Below the pieces are notes generated by a model, which had not been told where the DNA came from, searched no databases, and saw only the letters and a program-made list of their open reading frames with translations. DNA of 64,000 nucleotides from Mycobacterium sp. GTDB lineage: Bacteria > Actinomycetota > Actinomycetes > Mycobacteriales > Mycobacteriaceae. The stretch spans positions 24,437 through 88,436 of the forward strand of contig JAGYKK010000006.1 in NCBI GenBank assembly GCA_018401645.1. Direction: 5' to 3'. A program made the position numbers and the translations under genes. This document shows, in pieces, positions 57,019 through 64,000 of the stretch (the first letter of the stretch is position 1; each line of letters starts with the position of its first letter).

Positions 57019-58372
57019 TTAAGGCGAACCGCTTACCAGGGCATCGACCGGCTCACCCGGAGCCGGGGTGGTCGCTGAATCGGCTCCCGTCCATCCCGGC
57101 TTGCGGCTCACCAGGTACCAGGTTCGCATCAGACCTTTGCCCTTGATCTCGACCTCGCCACGCTCCTCGAGGATGAACGCATGCTCGAGTCGTTCAAAGA
57201 CGTTCTGCGGTACTTGGATTCGGCCTTCGATGTCGGTGGATTCCATCCGTGAGGCGACGTTGACGGCATCGCCCCAGACGTCGTAGAAGAACTTGCGTGC
57301 GCCGACCACCCCGGCCACCACCGGCCCGGTTGCGATACCCATCCGCAGTGGTACCGGGTTGCCGCGGGGGTCACGCAGGTCGGCCGTCGCGCGCGACATC
57401 TCCAGGGCCAGTGCCGCGATCGCCTCGACGTGGTCGGGTCGCGGCGTCGGCACACCGCTGACGACCATGTAGGAGTCGCCGGTGGTCTTGATTTTCTCCA
57501 ATCCGTGCCGGTCGACGAGGCGGTCGAAAGTGGTGTAGAGCCGGTCCAGAAACCGCACCAGGTCGACCGGTCTCATGTCACTGGCACGCTCGGTGAATCC
57601 GGCGATGTCGGCGAACAGGATCGACGCGTCGTCGTAACGGTCGGCGATGACCCCGTGTGCGGGGTCCTTGAGGCGTTCGGCGACCCGCGCCGGCAGGATG
57701 TTGGCAAGGAGTGCCTCGGAGCGTTCGTATTCGACCTCCATCGCCGCTTCGGCCCGCGACACCTCCCGCATGGCATACCAGACGGTCGTGAAGATGAGGG
57801 TGCACGCGCCGGCGGTGGCGATCATGAAGCCGGCGATGACCGCCCGGGCGATCTGCAAATGCCAGCGGGCACCGGGATGCATGCCGACCACCCAGTGGCA
57901 CCGTCCGCTGCCTTTCGATCAGGCCATCTCGAGCCTTGAGGTGCTCGATGCCGAGCACCAAGACCGCGAGAGAGGCCGACACCAGGTAGTAGAACTGCAC
58001 ACCCGAGTCGGTGCCGATCTGGGATCCGACGAAGGTCAGCGACGAGTACGCAATGATCACGAAAACGATTGCGGGGATGACGGTCCCGAATCTGTTCAGC
58101 AGTGGGATCGCCAGAAAAACGCCGGCGATCCCGAGGTTGATCAGACCGATGTAGAGCACTCCGTGCCCGGTCACCGTCTGTAACGCACCGAGGGCCGCGG
58201 TGATGGCCGCGGAGATCCACACCGCGAAGTTCAGTACCCGTTGCGGGCGGGTGACGGCGTCGGCCCAGTGCTGGTTGCGGGCCGGGGGACGGCGCTGGAG
58301 ACGTTCACAGTCCGATCGCCGGAAGGGTCGTTCCGGCAGTATCCGCCCCGCGCGTCGACGCTCGGACCTCAC
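57019..58372 (-). CDS. cya: Membrane class III adenylate cyclase (Rv1625c-like), frameshifted near 57890-57940
   Basis: SILFADIAGFT, EKIKTTGDSYM, YDVWGDAVNVASRMES, IKGKG; N-terminal TM region in a different frame. Confidence 0.88.
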
Positions 58373-58419
58373 GACCAGAGCGTATCCCGGTCACGGGTGG
58401 TTGGGGCAGAATGTTGTGC

Positions 58420-58908
58420 GTGATATCCGGCGTTCCCGAGGCTTTCGTCAGTGTGGATATCTCAGCACCGCCGGAACGGGTGTGGGAACTGATCACCGAC
58501 ATCTCGTTGATGCCCCGCTTCAGTACCGAGCTCTTGAGCACCGCATGGGCAGAGGGCTTCGGCGGGCCGGCACTGGGTGCGCAGTTTCTCGGCACTAATC
58601 GCCATCCGGTGATCGGTGAATGGACGACGCGTTCGGAGATTGTTGAGTTCGATCCGCCGCGGCGGTTCGCCTGGGCCGTCGGGGATCCGGGGAACCCGGC
58701 CGCGGTATGGCGATTCAGCGTGAGTCCCACGGCGGAGGGGACTCAGCTGAGGTACGCCGCCCGAATCGGTCCGGGTACCTCGGGGGTGACGATGCTCATC
58801 GATCGTGAACCCGCGCGTGCGGGCGAGATCATGCGACGGCGACTTGCCCAGTTCGAGGCCGGTATGCGCGCCACAGTGGCTGGGATCAGGGAACTTTCGG
58901 AAGGGTGA
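58420..58908 (+). CDS. SRPBCC (polyketide cyclase/dehydrase-like) protein
   Basis: ISAPPERVWELITDI, WTTRSEIVEFDPPRRFAW. Confidence 0.82.
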   Translation: MISGVPEAFVSVDISAPPERVWELITDISLMPRFSTELLSTAWAEGFGGPALGAQFLGTNRHPVIGEWTTRSEIVEFDPPRRFAWAVGDPGNPAAVWRFSVSPTAEGTQLRYAARIGPGTSGVTMLIDREPARAGEIMRRRLAQFEAGMRATVAGIRELSEG

Positions 58909-58914
58909 TGGTCG

Positions 58915-59076
58915 ATGCCACGCCACGCAAAGGTCAAAAACGGGCATCCGCCGAAGGTGTGCGCCCGGTGCGGCCTGGGCTTCGAGTGGCGCAAGAAATG
59001 GGAGCGCGACTGGGAGCAGGTGCGCTACTGCTCTGAGAAGTGCCGTCGAGGCGGACCGTCCGGCCCCCAGGGGTAG
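58915..59076 (+). CDS. DUF2256 small Cys-rich protein (53 aa; below the ORF-track cutoff)
   Basis: Manual translation [53 protein letters not shown]. Confidence 0.85.
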   Translation: MPRHAKVKNGHPPKVCARCGLGFEWRKKWERDWEQVRYCSEKCRRGGPSGPQG

Positions 59077-59088
59077 TGGCCTGGCAGT

Positions 59089-59138
59089 GCCCATCGGGAA
59101 ACGGGGCCCATCGGGAAACGGGGCCCATCGGGAAACGG
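59089..59138. repeat. 17-bp tandem repeat (gcccatcgggaaacggg) x3 just beyond the tRNA 3' end
   Basis: Read directly from the sequence. Confidence 0.93.
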
Positions 59139-59155
59139 AACCGGCGTCGTGCTAG

Positions 59156-59229
59156 TGCCCTCGGTGAGATTCGAACTCACACTGCACGGGTTTTGAATCC
59201 GTTTCCTCTGCCAGTTGGGATACGAGGGC
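59156..59229 (-). tRNA. tRNA-Leu (anticodon CAA), short variable arm
   Basis: Reverse complement GCCCTCGTATCCCAACTGGCAGAGGAAACGGATTCAAAACCCGTGCAGTGTGAGTTCGAATCTCACCGAGGGCA. Confidence 0.93.
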
Positions 59230-59298
59230 TGCTCGCGACGCATCACGATAGTGGATGCCGCCCGGTGCATCGGTGGGTGGTGGCGACACAATGGGTTC

Positions 59299-59964
59299 AT
59301 GACCGACGGGGAATCCATGACCGACGAGCCCCTGATCGACGAGCCCGTGACCAACCTCGCCGTGCCTTCGCGGCGACGGGTGGTGATCGCCGAGGATGAG
59401 GCGTTGATCCGGATGGACCTCGCTGAGATGTTGCGCGAGGAGGGCTATGAGGTGGTCGGCGAGGCCGGTGACGGTCAGGAGGCCGTCGACCTCGTGGAGA
59501 GTCTGCGGCCGGACCTGGTGATCATGGACGTCAAGATGCCGCGGCGCGATGGTATCGACGCGGCCGCGGAGATTGCGACCAAGCGGATCGCTCCGATCGT
59601 GATTCTGACGGCATTCAGCCAGCGCGATCTGGTTGAGAAGGCCCGCGACGCCGGCGCGATGGCCTATCTGGTCAAACCCTTCTCGATCAGCGACCTGATC
59701 CCGGCGATCGAGGTGGCGCTGAGCCGTTTCGCCGAGATCACCGAACTCGAACGTGAGGTCGCCGACCTCGGCGAGCGCCTGGAGACCCGAAAGCTGGTCG
59801 AACGTGCCAAGGGCCTGCTGCAGGCCAAGCACGCGATGACCGAACCCGAGGCATTTACCTGGATGCAGCGCGCAGCCATGGATCGGCGCACCAGCATGAA
59901 GCGGGTCGCCGAGGTGGTGCTGGAGTCTCTGGGCGCCCCGGGTCGCGATTCGTCGACGGGATAA
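59299..59964 (+). CDS. pdtaR: ANTAR response regulator PdtaR (Rv1626-like)
   Basis: IAEDEALIRMDL, MDVKMP, LVKPF, ANTAR TRKLVERAKGLL. Confidence 0.92.
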   Translation: MTDGESMTDEPLIDEPVTNLAVPSRRRVVIAEDEALIRMDLAEMLREEGYEVVGEAGDGQEAVDLVESLRPDLVIMDVKMPRRDGIDAAAEIATKRIAPIVILTAFSQRDLVEKARDAGAMAYLVKPFSISDLIPAIEVALSRFAEITELEREVADLGERLETRKLVERAKGLLQAKHAMTEPEAFTWMQRAAMDRRTSMKRVAEVVLESLGAPGRDSSTG

Positions 59965-60093
59965 ACCCCGGCGGTCCCGCGGTTTCCGGCGTTGTTGGCT
60001 ATGTTTTACCGAAGGTTGTTGCCCGAAGGGTTTTCCCGACGGTCCCTGCCCGGCCTGTTCAGTCCCGGCACCAGCGCGACATGAGGAGAGATT

Positions 60094-61341
60094 ATGCGTG
60101 GTGAGAAGTCGAGATACGCCATCGCACTGGGGTCGGCGGCCCTGCTGATCGTTGCCATCGCGGGCTGCAGCCAACCCGCGCCCGGCGGCGACTCGGCGGC
60201 GGAATCCGCAGCGAACGGGGGGGCCACCCCGGCGCCCACCGATCTGGCGATCGTCGAGCAGGTGCAGATCGACCAGAGCGGCGCCGAGGTCAAGTCCGGC
60301 GGTGTTGTCGCGCCGGCGGACCCGACCGGTGACGGCACGGCCACCTGCGCGCCGGTGAAGATCGCGATGGCCGGGGCCCTCAACGGTCCCGACGCGGCAC
60401 TGGGCATCAACATCAAGAACGGCGTGCAACTGGCCCTCGACAAGCACAACGCGGCCAACCCCGGATGCCAGATCGAACTGCGGACCTTCGACACTGAGGG
60501 CGACCCGCAGAAGGCGACCGCCATCGCCCCGCAGATCGTCGACGACGAGTCGATCATCGGTCTGATCGGACCGGCGTTCTCCGGCGAGACCAAGGCCACC
60601 GGCGGGGTGTTCGATCAGGCCGGCCTCGTTGCCGCCACCGCATCGGCGACCAACGTGACGCTGTCCGAGCAGGGCTGGAAGACATTTCTGCGCGGCCTGG
60701 CCAACGACGGGGTGCAGGGACCCTCAGTGGCCAACTACATGAAGACCACCCTGGGAGACAAGAAGGTCTGCGTCGTCGACGACAGCACCGACTATGGCAC
60801 CGGACTGGCCAAGGCCGTTCGCGAGACGCTCGGTGAGGTGGCGGTGCCGGCGTGCGAGATCTCGGTCAAGAAGGGCGATAAGGACTTCTCGGCCGCTGTC
60901 ACGCAGGTGAAGGGCCAGACGCCGGACTCGGTGTTCTTCAGCGGCTATTACGCCGAAGCGGCGCCGTTCGTGCAGCAGTTGCGTGACGCCGGCTTCGCCG
61001 GCCGGTTCGTCAGCGCCGACGGGACCAAGGACCCGGAGTTCGTCAAGCAGGCCGGGGAATCCTCAAGGGACGCGGTGCTGTCCTGCCCGTGCGGTCCGGC
61101 TTCGGCCGAGTTCGCCGCCGAGTACACCGCGAAGTTCGACCAGGCCCCCGGCACCTATAGCACCGAGGGTTACGACCTTGGCACCATCATGGCCAAGGGT
61201 ATCGGCTCCGGCGCCGCGACCCGCGCACAACTGCTGGACTTCGCCAAGGCCTACGACGGGCAAGGGGTGGCGCGCAAGTACCAGTGGACCGACACCGGTG
61301 AGCTCACCACGACCCTGATCTGGATCTACAAGGTCGCGTAG
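60094..61341 (+). CDS. livJ: Branched-chain amino acid ABC transporter substrate-binding lipoprotein
   Basis: Lipobox IAGC; FDTEGDPQKA, GPAFSGE, DDSTDYGTGLA, DFSAAVT. Confidence 0.85.
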   Translation: MRGEKSRYAIALGSAALLIVAIAGCSQPAPGGDSAAESAANGGATPAPTDLAIVEQVQIDQSGAEVKSGGVVAPADPTGDGTATCAPVKIAMAGALNGPDAALGINIKNGVQLALDKHNAANPGCQIELRTFDTEGDPQKATAIAPQIVDDESIIGLIGPAFSGETKATGGVFDQAGLVAATASATNVTLSEQGWKTFLRGLANDGVQGPSVANYMKTTLGDKKVCVVDDSTDYGTGLAKAVRETLGEVAVPACEISVKKGDKDFSAAVTQVKGQTPDSVFFSGYYAEAAPFVQQLRDAGFAGRFVSADGTKDPEFVKQAGESSRDAVLSCPCGPASAEFAAEYTAKFDQAPGTYSTEGYDLGTIMAKGIGSGAATRAQLLDFAKAYDGQGVARKYQWTDTGELTTTLIWIYKVA

Positions 61342-61350
61342 TCGCACCGG

Positions 61351-62388
61351 ATGATCTACGAGTGCCTCGGACAGTACGCATGCCTTGCCGGTGACATCGG
61401 TTTCAACGTCAACAACCTGCGAACCGGCTTCTGGCAGTTAACTATTGACGGGTTGGCCTGGGGAGCGATCTATGCTCTGGTCGCGGTGGGCTACACGTTG
61501 GTTTTCGGCGTTCTGCGACTGATCAACTTCGCGCATTCCGAGATTTTCATGCTCGGGATGTTCGGGGCATACTTCTGTCTCGACGTGGTCCTGGGCTTCG
61601 CTCCGAGCGGCAACGCCTATAACCTCGGAGTCGGTTTGACGGTGTTCTACCTGGGCATCGCACTACTGTTCGCGATGGCAGTCTCCGGTTCGGCCGCAGT
61701 CGGTTTGGAGTTCGTCGCCTACCGGCCACTGCGGCGGCGCAACGCCCGTCCGCTGACGTTCCTCATCACCGCGATCGGCATGTCGTTCGTGATTCAGGAG
61801 TTCGTGCACTTCGTGCTGCCGACGATTCTCAAAGGCTACGGCGGCAGCAACGCCCAGCAGCCGATCATCCTGGTGCAGCCCAGGACCCAGTTCGAAGTGT
61901 TCGGCGCCTCGGTCACCAACGTTACGTTGGTGATCATCGTCGCGGCACTGGTTCTGGCCCGGCTCACCTACCTCTTCGTCCACCACACGAAATTCGGCCG
62001 GGGTATTCGCGCGGTCGCTCAGGACCCGACCACCGCGGCCCTGATGGGTGTGTCGCGGGAGCGGATCATCGTCACGACGTTCCTGATCGGCGGGCTACTG
62101 GCCGGGGCGGCCGCATTGCTCTACACACTGCGGGTTCCGCAGGGGATCATCTATTCCGGCGGGTTCCTGCTGGGCATCAAGGCCTTTTCGGCCGCGGTGC
62201 TCGGCGGTATCGGCAATTTGCGTGGTGCTCTGATCGGCGGCCTGTTGCTGGGCATTATGGAAAACTACGGCCAGGCCTTGTTCGGCACCCAGTGGCGCGA
62301 CGTGGTCGCCTTCGTTTTGCTGGTGCTGGTGTTGTTGATCAAGCCCACCGGGATTCTCGGCGAGAGCCTCGGAAAGGCGCGCGCGTGA
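61351..62388 (+). CDS. livH: Branched-chain amino acid ABC transporter permease
   Basis: YALVAVGYTLVFGVLRLINFAH, KAFSAAVLGGIG, KPTGILG. Confidence 0.9.
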   Translation: MIYECLGQYACLAGDIGFNVNNLRTGFWQLTIDGLAWGAIYALVAVGYTLVFGVLRLINFAHSEIFMLGMFGAYFCLDVVLGFAPSGNAYNLGVGLTVFYLGIALLFAMAVSGSAAVGLEFVAYRPLRRRNARPLTFLITAIGMSFVIQEFVHFVLPTILKGYGGSNAQQPIILVQPRTQFEVFGASVTNVTLVIIVAALVLARLTYLFVHHTKFGRGIRAVAQDPTTAALMGVSRERIIVTTFLIGGLLAGAAALLYTLRVPQGIIYSGGFLLGIKAFSAAVLGGIGNLRGALIGGLLLGIMENYGQALFGTQWRDVVAFVLLVLVLLIKPTGILGESLGKARA

Positions 62389-63545
62389 GCGCGTGGATGG
62401 CTCCGGGGGACAGCCTGCGACGCTGGTGGTCGGGTCTGACCCGGATCCAGAAGTGGGGCGTCGGCGTACTCGGCTTCGGCGCCCTGGCGCTGTTGCCGCT
62501 CTACACCCCGCCGTTCCTGGACACCCCCGGCATCAGCTTCGGCGGCACCATGGCGCAGTTCGCGATGGTGGCGATCATCGCCATCGGCCTCAACGTGGTG
62601 GTCGGCCAGGCCGGCCTGCTCGACCTCGGCTATGTCGGCTTCTACGCGGTCGGAGCGTACACCGTCGCGCTGCTCACCAGCCGGGACAGCCCGTGGAACA
62701 GGGTGGGACCGGACGGCTGGGTGCACGAGAACTGGGCGTGGCTGGCGTGCCTGCCGATCGCGATGGCCATCACCGCCCTGACCGGGCTGATCCTCGGTTT
62801 CCCCACCCTGCGAGTGCGCGGGGACTATCTGGCCATCGTCACCCTGGGGTTCGGCGAGATCATCCGCCTGCTCGCCGACAACCTGTCCGGGGTCACCAAC
62901 GGGCCCCGGGGCCTCAGCGAGGTCGCCTACCCGCGCGTCGGCGCGACCGCGGAACTGCCCTATGGTGTCTTTTCCAGCGGAAACTCCACCGGCGACGCCA
63001 ACTACGGAACGTGGTGGTTCTGGGTCGGCCTGATCTTCATCGTCGCGATCCTGCTACTGGTGGGAAATCTCGAACGCAGCCGCGTCGGCCGGGCCTGGGT
63101 GGCCATCCGGGAAGACGAGGACGCCGCCGAGAGCATGGGCGTCAACACCTTCCGGTTCAAGCTCTGGGCCTTCGTGATCGGCGCCGCCATCGGCGGGCTG
63201 TCCGGTGCGCTCTACGCCGGGCAGGTGCAGTACGTGGCGCCGCCGACGTTCAACATCATCAACTCGATGCTGTTCCTGGCCGCGGTGGTACTCGGCGGGC
63301 AGGGCAACAAGCTGGGTGTGATCTTCGGGGCGTTTGTCATCGTCTACCTGCCCAACCGGCTGCTTGGCGTGGAGGTGATGGGCATCAACCTCGGCGACCT
63401 GAAATACCTGTTCTTCGGCCTCGCCCTGGTGGTGCTGATGATCTTCCGTCCGCAGGGTCTGTTCCCGGTTCGTCAGCAGCTACTGGCCTATGGCAGGTCG
63501 GCGCGCGCGCTGCTGGACAGCGCCGACAAGAGCAAGGCCGCGTGA
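62385..63545 (+). CDS. livM: Branched-chain amino acid ABC transporter permease
   Basis: GLLDLGYVGFYAVGAY, RVRGDYLAIVTLGFGEI, AIREDEDAA, RPQGL. Confidence 0.9.
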   Translation: MSAWMAPGDSLRRWWSGLTRIQKWGVGVLGFGALALLPLYTPPFLDTPGISFGGTMAQFAMVAIIAIGLNVVVGQAGLLDLGYVGFYAVGAYTVALLTSRDSPWNRVGPDGWVHENWAWLACLPIAMAITALTGLILGFPTLRVRGDYLAIVTLGFGEIIRLLADNLSGVTNGPRGLSEVAYPRVGATAELPYGVFSSGNSTGDANYGTWWFWVGLIFIVAILLLVGNLERSRVGRAWVAIREDEDAAESMGVNTFRFKLWAFVIGAAIGGLSGALYAGQVQYVAPPTFNIINSMLFLAAVVLGGQGNKLGVIFGAFVIVYLPNRLLGVEVMGINLGDLKYLFFGLALVVLMIFRPQGLFPVRQQLLAYGRSARALLDSADKSKAA

Positions 63546-64000
63546 TGAATGAGCCGGTGATCGACGACGAGATGGCGGTGCTGCACCGTGAGGTGCATGC
63601 CGCTGCGGGCGAGACACTGCTGGAGACCACGGATCTGACCGTGAAGTTCGGTGGTCTGACCGCGCTGGACTCGGTCAACGTCGCGATCAGGCGTGGCGAG
63701 ATCCTCGGCCTGATCGGTCCCAACGGGGCCGGCAAGACCACCTGCTTCAACGCCATCACCGGGGTCTACCGGCCTACCTCGGGCACGGTGATGTTCGACG
63801 GCGAACCGCTGGGCCGGCGTAAACGCCACCAGATCACCCGGCTGGGTATCGCCCGTACTTTCCAGAATATTCGGCTTTGGGGGGAGATGACCGCGCTGGA
63901 GAACGTCGTGGTCGGCAGCGACGCCCGGCACCGCACGTCGGTGCCCGGTGCCCTGGTGCGGTCGGCCCGGCACCGCAGGGAGGAGCGCAGTGCCATCGAG
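63545..64000 (+). CDS. livG: Branched-chain amino acid ABC transporter ATPase (truncated by window end)
   Basis: VKFGGLTAL, GLIGPNGAGKTT, GIARTFQNIRL. Confidence 0.88.
   Translation, partial: MNEPVIDDEMAVLHREVHAAAGETLLETTDLTVKFGGLTALDSVNVAIRRGEILGLIGPNGAGKTTCFNAITGVYRPTSGTVMFDGEPLGRRKRHQITRLGIARTFQNIRLWGEMTALENVVVGSDARHRTSVPGALVRSARHRREERSAIE

Noticed and set aside
59156-59229. Leu tRNA lacking the long variable arm as a novelty
   Set aside because: From recall, the short-armed tRNA-Leu(CAA) beside pdtaR is a normal mycobacterial feature.
60009-60054. Three ccga(a/c)gg direct repeats upstream of livJ
   Set aside because: Short, irregularly spaced and GC-rich; cannot be told from chance without comparative data.

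Overview
GC-rich (roughly two-thirds G+C by eye) chromosomal segment of a Mycobacterium/Mycolicibacterium-like actinobacterium, almost entirely core housekeeping genes. Order: sepF(3')-yggT-wag31; an accessory block with a group 3b [NiFe]-hydrogenase operon, GATase, DUF2784 and TerC next to tRNA-Leu(GAG); the Rv2141c-Rv2133c-like block (pyrD, lppL, uppP); then an abrupt synteny jump to ilvA-glgX-sucT-bioAFDB-bsaP-nrtR-nadABC-hisDCBHAFI-bcp-trpECBA-lgt-pyk-tesB, a polar amino acid ABC transporter, cya, tRNA-Leu(CAA), pdtaR and livJHMG. I found no prophage, IS or CRISPR array. Many genes carry frameshifts in local patches, most likely long-read assembly errors. The most striking unexplained signal is a window-wide set of at least 15 short, mutually unrelated tandem duplications (8-39 bp units) concentrated at gene ends and junctions. 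Units are multiples of 3 inside CDS and often not outside. The set includes a 5-unit MIRU-like array at the hisF/hisI junction. Other notable points are an inserted sulfotransferase-like orphan gene behind a repeat-built mini-ORF, missing cydABDC, treYZ and impA at their usual loci, and a candidate operator palindrome upstream of hisD. Gene identities and reference gene orders come from recall, not database searches.
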